Positions 37,582 through 47,885 of a stretch of DNA of 64,000 bases are shown here, in pieces. The stretch is from Clostridium thermobutyricum (GTDB lineage: Bacteria > Bacillota > Clostridia > Ch29): contig JAENYD010000001.1 in assembly GCA_016842005.1 (NCBI GenBank), forward strand, positions 102,754 through 166,753, given 5' to 3'. Position numbers and translations under genes: made by a program. The notes under the pieces are model-generated. The model searched no databases, was not told where the DNA came from, and worked only from the letters and a program-made list of their open reading frames with translations. Within the stretch, counting starts at the first letter, position 1; each line of letters starts with the position of its first letter.

Positions 37582-39630
37582 TCACTGGTTGCTGTTTGCC
37601 ATTAATATTTCATTCACATAACGCTTTATACCGTTGACCAGTGCCACAGCACACTTCTGGCGGTAATCATCCGTCCTGAACAATGCCTCTTCATTTTTGT
37701 TTGTCAGGAACCCCAGCTCTGCTATAACAGCAGGCATTTTTGTCTCCCTGGTCACCACCAGTTTTTCCCTGGGGTCGAGACCCCTGTCGGCAGTATTCAG
37801 CTCCTTGATCATTTCCTCCTGTATTATCCTGGCAAAGGTATAGTTATCCCTGTTGTCCTCTTCGCTTTTTGAGCTGGGATAGTATAGGGTTTCCACGCCG
37901 TACATTGAACTGCTGGGATGGGCGTTTATGTGTACGCTCACAAAAAGGTCCGCATTTGCCTGGTTGGCTATCTCCGCCCGCTTGTACAGGTCAACCAGGT
38001 AGTCATCCGTCCTGGTCATAAGAACGTTGAACCCGGCCTCCTCAAGCAAAGCTTTAAGCCTGAATGAAATATCCAGGTTGAGGTCTTTTTCCTTAAGGCC
38101 GCTTTTTGCCATGCCTCCGGGGTCTTCTCCGCCATGACCGGGGTCAATGGCAATAAGCATATTCTGATAAAGGGCAGGGACGCCGGATATCTGCAAAGTA
38201 ATCCTGTCTGTTTTCTCCGGTGAAGTAACTTCATACTTTATTCCGTCTTTAAGGTAGAGCACCACATAACTGGCCCCTGGGAACTCGCTGAAAGGGACTG
38301 TCTCAATCTTGTCCACAATTCCATCGTCTATAATTACTTCGCCTTCTTCCAGATTAATCCCCCCGCCCAGAATCTCAATCAGCAGCGTCTTGCTGTTGCT
38401 GTCATATATTACTTTGTATTCAACCTCTTTATCCACATTTACAGCAAGAGAAGATGTTTTCCATTCTGTTTCCTTATACTCCACTGCATCAATGAGGGCA
38501 CCGTCAAGAAAAATCTTCATCCCATCCTGGCCGTTCTCCACACTGTACTGCAGGGGGGTCTCGAGGTCCACAACAACCCTTACGGTATTTTTTTCGAACT
38601 GTGAATACCTGACCGCTATGATACCGTCTTTGTCAACAGGTATGGAGCCGTCTGTAAAACCGTCCAGATAGGCGTTGTGAAGGTCCACCACTATCCTGTC
38701 CGGCTGCTCCAGGACCATTGCCCGGTATTCCATTCTGGAAGAGGAATTTATTGACACCATATTCCTTCCGTCTTTTTGGTCAAAACTTATCCCTTTGACA
38801 CTGTTCATGGTCCGTATTTTAAGTTCCCTGTTTTCTTCGTCATATACCGTGCTGTAACCGGAAGGACTTTCAAGGTCTATGACAACCCTGGAGATATTGG
38901 GTCCTGTCTCGAACTGGGAGGCCCGCACCCTTATCATGTTGCCGCTGTTTATATCCAGACTGTTTACAGGAGACCTGAAAACAGTGTTGGGAAAGTCTAT
39001 TACAAGCCTGCCCGGTTCCTGGAGAAACATGGTTTTGTACATCACCCTGCCGGTGGTCTTCAGTATGACCGCATCCTCTTCAGTATCATAGGATATACCA
39101 AGTATATCGGCTGCAGGATAATCCAGCAGCACCGTATAAGTGGCGGCATCCCACCCTACCTCAAGGCCAAGGGATTCTCCTATGGCCCTCACCGGAACCA
39201 TGGTCCTGTCATTGATTATTTTGGCGGGCACATCCAGGGATATGTTTTTATCGTTTATCAGCATTTGGTCGCTGTTTATCTTTAGCTTTACAATCTTGTC
39301 CTGGGTGGTGACAGTAACCTCATATTCCTCGGCGTCCCAGTCCACCCTGGCGCCGGCGCTTTCGGATATAACCCTTACAGGGACAAGGGTTCTGCCTTCC
39401 AGTATTACAGGAGGCACATCGGTTTGTATTACCTTCCCGTTAAGCTTCAGAGTAACCGGAGGGGCATTGTATGTAATCTGCTTGCCATCCATGAACAATA
39501 TAAGGGTTTCTGCTTTCAGTGCCAGAGCAGGGACTGCAGATATCAATAATACCATTATTACTACCACAATTACTGCAAACTTCTTCACCATCATTACCTC
39601 CTGCTGAGAAATATTGTGTATTGGCTGCAT
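37582..39630 (-). CDS. N-acetylmuramoyl-L-alanine amidase (Amidase_3 catalytic domain) with N-terminal Cu-amine-oxidase-N-like repeats and AMIN domains
   Basis: C-terminal LIAIDPGHGGEDPGG...FVSVHINA (amidase_3). N-terminal repeats TLVPVRVISESAGARVDWD and TMVPVRAIGESLGLEVGWD. Signal sequence present. Confidence 0.8.
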   Translation of the reverse strand: MQPIHNISQQEVMMVKKFAVIVVVIMVLLISAVPALALKAETLILFMDGKQITYNAPPVTLKLNGKVIQTDVPPVILEGRTLVPVRVISESAGARVDWDAEEYEVTVTTQDKIVKLKINSDQMLINDKNISLDVPAKIINDRTMVPVRAIGESLGLEVGWDAATYTVLLDYPAADILGISYDTEEDAVILKTTGRVMYKTMFLQEPGRLVIDFPNTVFRSPVNSLDINSGNMIRVRASQFETGPNISRVVIDLESPSGYSTVYDEENRELKIRTMNSVKGISFDQKDGRNMVSINSSSRMEYRAMVLEQPDRIVVDLHNAYLDGFTDGSIPVDKDGIIAVRYSQFEKNTVRVVVDLETPLQYSVENGQDGMKIFLDGALIDAVEYKETEWKTSSLAVNVDKEVEYKVIYDSNSKTLLIEILGGGINLEEGEVIIDDGIVDKIETVPFSEFPGASYVVLYLKDGIKYEVTSPEKTDRITLQISGVPALYQNMLIAIDPGHGGEDPGGMAKSGLKEKDLNLDISFRLKALLEEAGFNVLMTRTDDYLVDLYKRAEIANQANADLFVSVHINAHPSSSMYGVETLYYPSSKSEEDNRDNYTFARIIQEEMIKELNTADRGLDPREKLVVTRETKMPAVIAELGFLTNKNEEALFRTDDYRQKCAVALVNGIKRYVNEILMANSNQ

Positions 39631-39764
39631 TTCATGCTAAAAGACAATATGTATACTTTCGACCTGTTTTGCCAAAATCCCTGCCCGTTTTCCGTCATTT
39701 TCACCCATTTCTTCAAGTTTAATCTTGCTGTAATAATGCTGTAATATTGCTGTAACATGCTTAT

Positions 39765-40013
39765 TTGGTGTATATTTTTGGGATTATTTCTAAAACTATT
39801 ACAGACAGATGTCTGATGGGAGGGACAGGGGTATTGCACGCAGAAGCAAAAGAATTACTTAAGACAATTCAGCAAATCAGGCACAAATTGGAGATATTAA
39901 TTGAAGCAAAAGGCACGGACGATAACGAAGTCATTGCCACAAGCAAAGAATTGGATGAACTGTTGAACAATTATCACAGTATATCCGGCAAAAACGAATA
40001 CAATACAGAATGA
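39765..40013 (+). CDS. Spo0E-like sporulation regulatory protein
   Basis: IQQIRHKLEILIE...SKELDELLNNY is the Spo0E-family motif. The true start is probably an internal Met. Confidence 0.55.
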   Translation: MVYIFGIISKTITDRCLMGGTGVLHAEAKELLKTIQQIRHKLEILIEAKGTDDNEVIATSKELDELLNNYHSISGKNEYNTE

Positions 40014-40243
40014 CCGGACAGTATCCCTGTTTACCCGTATTATACTCCCTTCAGTCATTTTTAAGCTGAATTTAATATACCCTTCCATGATTTTAGACCG
40101 TGATAGGCCGTTATAAGTTCCTTTTCCGGGGTGGATGAAGCCTGTTTATAATCCCCGGGGCACCGGATTAATGGAAAAGTACCGCAGGCATTTGACAATT
40201 AAACCCGGCGGTACTTAATCACAGCAGTCGTTATCCTTCAAAC

Positions 40244-41221
40244 TCATAATACCTTATACAGTTCATCACTTTCAGGGGGAGATATCGGTACTTCCCTGCC
40301 CTCCTCCACCAGGACCCTGTCTTTTTCTATTATTTCACCAATCTCTACCGCCTGTATGCCTGTCTCCTTCAGGGCGTTCAGCATCCTGTCGCTGTTTTTA
40401 CAGGTTATTATCATGCACCCGCTGGAAATCAGTTTCAAAGGGTCCAGGCCCAGTTCTTCACATATGACCCTGGTTTCCTCCCTTACCGGAATTTTGTCCC
40501 TGTACACCCTCATACCTGTCCCGGAGGCCTCTGCTATCTCCCACAGGGCACCCAGCACGCCCCCTTCGGTGACATCGTGCATGGCTGTAGCCCCATTCCG
40601 TCCCCCTATTATCCCTTCTTTCACCACGCTTATGAATTCCATGAAAGAACGGGCCCGGGACAACACGGTACTGCCCACCTTGCCTTTCAGCCGGCTTTCA
40701 AGGTCATATGCCAGTATGGCAGTGCCTTCCAGTCCTGCCCATTTTGTCATGATTATTCTGTTTCCTGTTTCCGCCCCGGACGAATTCACCGTTTTCCCCT
40801 TGGGTGCCCTGCCTATGGCAGTGGTGGACACAACCAAACGGTTTACCGCAGGGGTAATCTCGGTATGTCCCCCTATTATCTCCACCTTCAGTGAAGCCGC
40901 CTGCTCCGCCGCCTGGGTAACAACCTGGCGGATTTCCTCCACAGCGGTCCCCTCCGGGGCCATTATTGTCATGAGAAGGCCCAGGGGCTCCACGCCGTTG
41001 GCCGCCACATCATTGCACGATATATGCACCGCCAACCGTCCCACTTCGCTGGCAGCACCTGTTATAGGGTCTGTGGAAAGAACACACACATATTCTCCAA
41101 AGTCCAGTACACTACAATCTTCCCCTATCTTCGGCCTGACCAGTACTTCTTCCCTCCTGAACTCAAATGCGGAGAAAATCTCATCCTGGAGTACATGGTG
41201 GGGAAGTTTGCCGCTTTGCAT
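40244..41221 (-). CDS. AIR-synthase-related (PurM-like superfamily) protein, HypE/ThiL-like
   Basis: PurM N- and C-domain pattern (DCSVLDFGE...STDPITGA...GGHTEIT...MHDVTEGGVLGALWEIA). Start set at MQSGKLP (41221) with RBS AGAGGGGA. The upstream extension in the ORF track is probably not coding. Confidence 0.6.
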   Translation of the reverse strand: MQSGKLPHHVLQDEIFSAFEFRREEVLVRPKIGEDCSVLDFGEYVCVLSTDPITGAASEVGRLAVHISCNDVAANGVEPLGLLMTIMAPEGTAVEEIRQVVTQAAEQAASLKVEIIGGHTEITPAVNRLVVSTTAIGRAPKGKTVNSSGAETGNRIIMTKWAGLEGTAILAYDLESRLKGKVGSTVLSRARSFMEFISVVKEGIIGGRNGATAMHDVTEGGVLGALWEIAEASGTGMRVYRDKIPVREETRVICEELGLDPLKLISSGCMIITCKNSDRMLNALKETGIQAVEIGEIIEKDRVLVEEGREVPISPPESDELYKVL

Positions 41222-41331
41222 GTCTGATCCCCTCTTTACGCTAGATTGTACTTGAAGTGAAAACAGGTAATATGCCGTTGAATAAACCTGTCCTTTCATA
41301 CACCGGCATACAGTATGATTATACCATGGAA

Positions 41332-41919
41332 TCATCTGCCGCAAAATACCTCTTTCCATTTCTCCACCGTCAACATCCTGTGGTCGGACACTATGGCAAT
41401 ATATTCTATATCTTCCGGTTCCACAGGATGAAAAATCATCACTTCTGCATCATAGCCCTGTTCCCGGTCTTTCCTTCGCATAAGATTATCCTTGAAGCTC
41501 AGGGAGGTTTCCCAGTATTCTTCTGCAATGCGCTTTCCTTCGTTTGCCAGAAATCCTTCTGCCTTTTGGAATTCTTCCAGGCTGCGCAGCACGAAAGGCT
41601 CATAGAGAATGTTTGCCTTATTCTCATTGGCTATCCAGCACCGCTCCGGGTCTATTCTCAATGCCAGAAGCATGCTGTGGGAATGCCAGCGATGACCGTC
41701 ATTGAAATTCATACTGGCAAAAACAGCCCTGCTCCTGTCCACCCAGCATGGTATGCGGGACGGTCTATGGGAGTTCATAAAACCGTGGAAATCCTGGTAT
41801 CGGCTTCTGTACGTGGTTTTGTTGTCATATCTGACGCCTTCCTTTTTTATCCCGGGCAAATCGTTCAGATTGACAATATGATACACAACCCCTGTCTCCG
41901 TATAATCAGGAAAAATCAT
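41332..41919 (-). CDS. Hypothetical protein, possible DUF4433 (DarT-like ADP-ribosyltransferase fold)
   Basis: Strong RBS AGGAGG. N-terminal VVYHIVNLNDLPGIKKEGV and C-terminal EVMIFHPVEPEDIEYIAIV are reminiscent of DUF4433/DarT motifs. There is no macrodomain neighbour. Confidence 0.3.
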   Translation of the reverse strand: MIFPDYTETGVVYHIVNLNDLPGIKKEGVRYDNKTTYRSRYQDFHGFMNSHRPSRIPCWVDRSRAVFASMNFNDGHRWHSHSMLLALRIDPERCWIANENKANILYEPFVLRSLEEFQKAEGFLANEGKRIAEEYWETSLSFKDNLMRRKDREQGYDAEVMIFHPVEPEDIEYIAIVSDHRMLTVEKWKEVFCGR

Positions 41920-42375
41920 GGCATGTCCTCCTGCAATCCATATCAGTCAGTAATTAAGTTTTGATATGCCGCTGATTTTTATACTGTCAATTAATAGAGA
42001 CAGACATTAACCGGCTTCATGGAAATCCACTCATGCGAAAATGCTTTAAAGGAAACTTGAGTTTGCCAAACCATTCAAAGCGTGCACTGTTTTCCATGAA
42101 GCCCCATTACCCCAAAAATTGTTTTCAGATTCAGCCAGAGACGTACCGCAGAATGCTGCGGTACGTCTCTGGCTTTTAATATATTATTTGTCTTATATTT
42201 GGGAAAGCTAATCATCGGAGGTGAGTTTCCTTGACCAATATTAACTGCGCGGAAAACTGCATACACCAGAAAAATGGAAAATGCCAGCTTACTCACATCA
42301 GTATTGTTTCTGAAGTCCGCGATTCCAAGTGTGCCTATTTCCAGGCCAGGGAGGCACCGGGCACAGCCGGCAAGC

Positions 42376-43758
42376 CTAAATAATGAACATGGCAATAATT
42401 GTTGTTACTATCAGTCCTATCATAACCGGCTTGAAATTCCTGCGGGCCAGGTCAACGGGCAGCACTCTGCAGATAGCGGCCGCCGGAATCAGCCCCCAGG
42501 GCACCAGGGTGCCTCCCCCGACCCATATGGCAGCTATCTGTCCGAGAGCGGCAAGGGCCGCTATGCTGCCATTAACAGCCGTACCGAATACCTTTGCCAG
42601 GGAACCGGCCAGAGACATACCCGAGAATCCCGAGCCGTCCAGCCCGGTGATGGCACCTACCACCGTTTCCATGGTTGCCACCGCCGGCGTGTTCATTGGT
42701 ACTGCAGCCGCCATGGCCCTTCCGATATCCGACAGGATACCCTGGGAACCGGCGGGCAGTATCCCTTCTCCGAACACCGCGTCAATGGGAGATATCTCCC
42801 CCATATAGAAAAAAGCTGCGATGGGAATTATGGGCCCGAATACCTCCATGCCGAATCTGAAACCCTCTATCAAGAACCGGGTTATCTCCTCCAGGGCCTT
42901 TTTCCCGTACAGCAGAATGCACACTGCCATTAATACAAGAACTGCCGTCCCGCCTATGAGAGCCGTGGCTTCCCCTCCCCTTAAACGCAGGAAAAACATG
43001 ATTACTACGTCCAGCAGAAAGGCCAGGGGTACCAGCCATGCAGTAAATCTGCTTATCCAGGTTATCTCCGCCTCTTTTTTTTCTTCAAATTCCTCTATCA
43101 CTGTTTCCTCGATATTTCCCAGCCTCATATCCCTTTTCAGGAATATATATGCGACCACCACCGTGGTGACGCCCATTACCATTACCAGGGGAATACCTCC
43201 GGCCATCACATCCACAACCCCTATTCCCGCTGCAGTGGCGGTTATAGTGGGTGCCCCCTGTATGATATAGTCACTGGACAGGGCTATACCGTGACCGAAG
43301 AGATTTATCGCCATGGCGACACCTATTGCCGGCAGTCCCGCCCTGATACCTGCAGGCAGCAATACTGCCCCTACAAGGGCAGTGGCCGGGGAAGGCCAGA
43401 AAAACCACGATGCCAGCAGCATTATTATCCCGATAAACCAGAATGCGATATCGGGATTTTTTATCAATCTGGCGAAAGGTGATACCATAAGTACATTGGC
43501 CCCAATCTTCTCCATCATCTTTGACATGGCAACAATCAGAGATATAACCAGTATAATGCCCAGAAGCTCGTTACCTGCCACAATAAAAGAATCAAAAATT
43601 GCCCTGGTTGCCCCTGTTATGGATCCTGTGCCGGCCAAACCCAATAAAAAAATACCTGCTATGCATGGAATGACCGTATCCTTGCGCATCACCATCACAG
43701 CAAGTATTACAACAACCATTACGGCATATATCCAGTGAAGCAGTGTAAGGTGAACCAT
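42376..43758 (-). CDS. Polytopic membrane permease (ion-transporter superfamily, YfcC/DcuC/NhaC-like), family uncertain
   Basis: ~460 aa with 10-12 TM helices and an internal amphipathic loop (EETVIEEFEEKKEAE). No specific family motif recognised. Confidence 0.4.
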   Translation of the reverse strand: MVHLTLLHWIYAVMVVVILAVMVMRKDTVIPCIAGIFLLGLAGTGSITGATRAIFDSFIVAGNELLGIILVISLIVAMSKMMEKIGANVLMVSPFARLIKNPDIAFWFIGIIMLLASWFFWPSPATALVGAVLLPAGIRAGLPAIGVAMAINLFGHGIALSSDYIIQGAPTITATAAGIGVVDVMAGGIPLVMVMGVTTVVVAYIFLKRDMRLGNIEETVIEEFEEKKEAEITWISRFTAWLVPLAFLLDVVIMFFLRLRGGEATALIGGTAVLVLMAVCILLYGKKALEEITRFLIEGFRFGMEVFGPIIPIAAFFYMGEISPIDAVFGEGILPAGSQGILSDIGRAMAAAVPMNTPAVATMETVVGAITGLDGSGFSGMSLAGSLAKVFGTAVNGSIAALAALGQIAAIWVGGGTLVPWGLIPAAAICRVLPVDLARRNFKPVMIGLIVTTIIAMFII

Positions 43759-44042
43759 TTTTCCCGCTCCCTTCAAAAAATGTCCTTAATATCAGTATAC
43801 GCTCCCGTTCAAATATTGTGACATCCCATTGGCACCCCATCGGAGGCGTTCACTGAATTCCCATCGAAGACGTTCCTTAAATTTCGCTTCTGCAGTCGTT
43901 CAAAGTAAAAAAATAAACCGGCACTGGTATGAGGTACCGATTTATATTTTTTCTTGAAATTAATAAAAGCTTATTCTGCCTGCACATATAAGGGCGGGCA
44001 CTGTTTTGAATTCGAATAGAAACATTACTTATTCATCATCAA

Positions 44043-44774
44043 TTAATATCCCAGTCCTCTTACAATCTCATGATCAAGAATTTTTTTCCGTTCCTTCCAG
44101 TCTGGCATATGAACGGTTAAAAAATCATAGAATTCTTTATTATGCTTAGGATAAAGAAAGTGTGTTAACTCATGTAAGACAACATAATCAATACAGGATG
44201 GCGGAGCTTTGTACAAATAATAATTAAGATTAATTTTACTGTGCTTTCTGGAGCAGCTACCCCAAAGGGTCTTCATTTTCCTTACTTGAAGTATCGGTTT
44301 AGCAATATCATGTTTAGCAATAATGGGATATAGCTTATCAATAACCGTTAGAAAATACGACTTGCTTTGTTTTTGCCACCAACGCTCAAATTGCTTTTGC
44401 AAAGCCTGTTTATCATCAGGAACAGGAGATTGTATATTAATAAAGCCTTCTTTTTGTTCTACTTTATATATTTTAGATTCACTGACAATAATCCTCTTCT
44501 GCCTCCCTAGAATACGCGTTGATACTCCACTGTGTATTCTTGTTTCAACTTCATTAGCCTCCGCTTCTTTATAATAATTTAATGACTTTTCTATCCATGC
44601 AGTCTTGCTGTTCAGATATTCATGTATCCATGCATCTGATGCGCCAAACGGAGTAGTTAGCTTAACAGTACCATTTGGAAACACTTTAAGCCGGATTCGT
44701 TTTACATTTTTACGCTCAATAATTACTTCCACTTTATTCAATGAGCCTGTTAAAGATATCTCTATTTTATTCAT
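44043..44774 (-). CDS. YgjP-like (DUF45/WLM, SprT-like) zinc metallopeptidase-motif protein
   Basis: HELTHFLYPKHNKEF (HExxH). The family is typically linked to hsdR loci. Confidence 0.8.
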   Translation of the reverse strand: MNKIEISLTGSLNKVEVIIERKNVKRIRLKVFPNGTVKLTTPFGASDAWIHEYLNSKTAWIEKSLNYYKEAEANEVETRIHSGVSTRILGRQKRIIVSESKIYKVEQKEGFINIQSPVPDDKQALQKQFERWWQKQSKSYFLTVIDKLYPIIAKHDIAKPILQVRKMKTLWGSCSRKHSKINLNYYLYKAPPSCIDYVVLHELTHFLYPKHNKEFYDFLTVHMPDWKERKKILDHEIVRGLGY

Positions 44775-44777
44775 GGC

Positions 44778-47700
44778 CTAATACCTGCTCACCGCCGTTT
44801 TCATGAGAGCCTCCAACATAATATCTATTTCTTCTACTGTTAGACCAACATCATGTTCATCAATAAAATCCCAAATCAAATCATCAAGGGCTTGCTCCAT
44901 GTCTTTATGCACAGCTACATTATGACGCCAGTCTACTTTTGCTCGATCGGCAATGGCCTTCTTTATTTCTATGGCCAATTGTCCCATAGCTTCTTCTAAT
45001 TCCGGCGAAATATCCCTTATCGCCCTGGAAACAACATCCTGAACAGATCCATAAAAAGCTTTTGCATCACTATCGTTATCTATACAGGTCGGGTAATGAT
45101 GACCGGTATAACCCCTTTTAAAATCCTCTGCTATTCTTTCCATATTTGACAAATAGGAAGCATCGTTCCTAGACGCTTTGTATTCAGCAAGAGTTTCTCT
45201 TACTTGCTCAGAAAATTTCTTGTATAGTAACGGATCATCATAACGATATGTTTCCAATTCTCCTACCATACGGGTACGGATGGCATCCCCCTTTGCAGAT
45301 TTGCTTTCCAACATTTCCAACTGCTTCTTCATATCTTCAGTGTTGTGTATAGAAACGGGTTCCACAACGATTTGACTGGGTTCGGAGAGCACAAAATTAT
45401 TTAATAGACTTCTAATACCATCTTCATATTTACTGAAATCTACTTTCTCATAGTATCGAAGCAAAACCGCCCCTCGCAGTTTCTGAAAGTGGAGTAGATC
45501 CTTTTTGTATTCTTGAATCTGTTCATATCCTATAGAATTATACAGAGCATAGCTTCCCATAGCCAAATCCAAAAGGCGTGAGTAGATTGAAAGCTTTTCA
45601 TAAAATTTCTTTCTTATATCATCGTCCGCTAATACGCTTTGCCAACCTTCAGAATTATTTCGGTCAAACTCCTTCCCTTCGAATATTGCCCACAGTTCCT
45701 GATATGCATTTTTTAGCTTGAGCTTTTGGTCTTCTGCCCCAAGGATAGCGTTCTTAATGTCTTCCGTATCATACCCATCCATTCCGGATTTTGTATCAGA
45801 ATACATATCCATGGCAGTATTCAGTTTGCCAAAGATACCCCAATAATCCACAATAAGGCCAAAATCTTTGCCCGGGTATACCCGATTTACGCGGGCAATG
45901 GCCTGCAATAATGAATGCTCCTTCATTGGTTTGTCCACATATATCACAGCAGCAACAGGTGCATCAAAGCCGGTTAGCAGTTTATCCTTTACGATAAGCA
46001 TTTCCACATCTTCACCGCCAACAAAGCTATTCTTTGCCCAATCGTCATATTTCTCATAATTGTTCCCGAAAAGTGGTTCCACCTCTTCTTTAAAGAATGT
46101 CTTTATCTTCTCTTTACTTTCGCTGGTAAGTTCGTCCCCTTCTTTAACATCTTCGGGCGATATTACCACCGCCGTCTTAATACCGCCAAGCCTCTTTAAC
46201 GACTTATGAAGCTCAATAGCGGCGGGGCGGGATGAGGCTGCTACCATAGCCTTAAAACCCTTTGGCTTGGCATAACTGATAAAGTGTTCGTGAATATCAA
46301 AAGCTACCATATCTATACGCTGTCGTGTTTGAGCCAACGGCAAAAAACGACTCCATTTCCTCTTCATGTCCTCCTGTTCACTGGGCTTCAATGGTGCAAT
46401 GATGTATTTAAGATAATCATCAATCTTATCACTCGTCACATCTTGCGGAATTATCCTGCCTTCGTAGACAAGTGGAACAATGACACCATCTTTCACCGCC
46501 TTATCTATAGGATAACTATCAATAAGCGGACCAAACCTCGCGTAGGTATTAAACTTATCTTTCTTAAGCAAAGGAGTACCGGTGAAACCTATTTTAGTCG
46601 CATTGGGTAGTACATCAACCATAAAATTGTGAAGTTGTCCCGATTGTGTCCTATGGCTTTCATCCACTAGTAAAAAAATATTGTCATCCTTAATCCTGAC
46701 TCTGGTTTTTGCCGCTGTATCAAATTTATGCACAAGGGTAGTAATAACAATTTCTCCTTTATCCTTCAAGAGACCAATTAACCCTTTACCTGTCTTGGCT
46801 CGGCTCGGACTCATCTGTGCCTTTACGAAATTATCTCTAAGTTGCTTATCTAAATTGATACGGTCGCTGACAAGCACAAAGCGGGGATTCTTGATATCGG
46901 GATCCGATATTATTTTCTTTACCAGCATCACCATGGTAAGGGATTTACCGCTGCCCTGCGTATGCCAGATTACACCGTTTTTCGTATTCTTTCCATCTTC
47001 GCCTTTTATACGTTTCATAGCTTTCTGTATGCCAAAGAACTGCTGATAACGGGCAATTTTTTTTACATTATTATCATACAGAATGAAATAACGAATAATC
47101 TCCAGTAACCTCTCCCTAGAAAGCATTGATACAATAGTTCTATCCTGTTCAACTATTTTTCCATCAGGACTAACATTGCCGCATTTTTCTTGCTGCCATT
47201 TATAATCCTTTTCCCTCCATATACTGAAGTGCTCGAAAAGCGTTCCGCAGGTCCCATATTTAACGATATTGGGGTTCATCGCCATTACGATTTGGACGAA
47301 TTTAAAAAGATGGGGGATATAATCAGGCTGCCAGTTACGTATGTTTTGTGTTACACCTTCATCCACATTTATACCGGATTTTTTACATTCAATCACCACT
47401 ATTGGAATACCGTTTATAAGTAGCACAATATCAGGCCGTGTATATTTTCCATTAGACCTTTCAACCGAAAATTCGTCTGTAACCTGCCATATATTGTTCT
47501 CCGGATGTTCCCAATCAATGAACTTCAAGTCAAAGGACTGACGCCCTCCGTCAAACAGTTCTTCTTCATAGCTGCTGCCGGAAATTAACATATCATAAAC
47601 AGTCTTGCTTGCCGACATCAGGCCTGAGACAAGCGGTACATCAATATCATTTATTGCCTTACCTATAGAGCGGTCAGAGAAAGGGGTTTGCTTTCCTCTG

Positions 47701-47885
47701 TAAAAGAAGGACTGGCGCTGCAGAAATTCACGCAGAACGTCAGTAAAAATTACGTTTGAAAGTCGGCCACGCAGGATTTCCGCCTGTGAACGTGGAACAT
47801 ACTGATACCCTAGTTTTTCCAGCACTTTTATCGCCCTGTCCTGGCTCTCCGGACGTTCATTGAACATAGTATGGTCTGGCATCAA
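44778..47885 (-). CDS. hsdR: Type I restriction enzyme R subunit
   Basis: 1035 aa. Helicase motifs TQGSGKSLTM (I) and LLVDESHRTQSG (II). N-terminal nuclease region. Confidence 0.9.
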   Translation of the reverse strand: MMPDHTMFNERPESQDRAIKVLEKLGYQYVPRSQAEILRGRLSNVIFTDVLREFLQRQSFFYRGKQTPFSDRSIGKAINDIDVPLVSGLMSASKTVYDMLISGSSYEEELFDGGRQSFDLKFIDWEHPENNIWQVTDEFSVERSNGKYTRPDIVLLINGIPIVVIECKKSGINVDEGVTQNIRNWQPDYIPHLFKFVQIVMAMNPNIVKYGTCGTLFEHFSIWREKDYKWQQEKCGNVSPDGKIVEQDRTIVSMLSRERLLEIIRYFILYDNNVKKIARYQQFFGIQKAMKRIKGEDGKNTKNGVIWHTQGSGKSLTMVMLVKKIISDPDIKNPRFVLVSDRINLDKQLRDNFVKAQMSPSRAKTGKGLIGLLKDKGEIVITTLVHKFDTAAKTRVRIKDDNIFLLVDESHRTQSGQLHNFMVDVLPNATKIGFTGTPLLKKDKFNTYARFGPLIDSYPIDKAVKDGVIVPLVYEGRIIPQDVTSDKIDDYLKYIIAPLKPSEQEDMKRKWSRFLPLAQTRQRIDMVAFDIHEHFISYAKPKGFKAMVAASSRPAAIELHKSLKRLGGIKTAVVISPEDVKEGDELTSESKEKIKTFFKEEVEPLFGNNYEKYDDWAKNSFVGGEDVEMLIVKDKLLTGFDAPVAAVIYVDKPMKEHSLLQAIARVNRVYPGKDFGLIVDYWGIFGKLNTAMDMYSDTKSGMDGYDTEDIKNAILGAEDQKLKLKNAYQELWAIFEGKEFDRNNSEGWQSVLADDDIRKKFYEKLSIYSRLLDLAMGSYALYNSIGYEQIQEYKKDLLHFQKLRGAVLLRYYEKVDFSKYEDGIRSLLNNFVLSEPSQIVVEPVSIHNTEDMKKQLEMLESKSAKGDAIRTRMVGELETYRYDDPLLYKKFSEQVRETLAEYKASRNDASYLSNMERIAEDFKRGYTGHHYPTCIDNDSDAKAFYGSVQDVVSRAIRDISPELEEAMGQLAIEIKKAIADRAKVDWRHNVAVHKDMEQALDDLIWDFIDEHDVGLTVEEIDIMLEALMKTAVSRY

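Noticed and set aside
43777-44042. ATTGGCACcccatCGGAGG and short direct repeats (cgctcccgttcaaa / gcgttcactgaa) between the permease and ygjP
   Set aside because: There is no -12 GC element at the correct spacing. The repeats are short and imperfect. Probably an ordinary promoter/terminator spacer.
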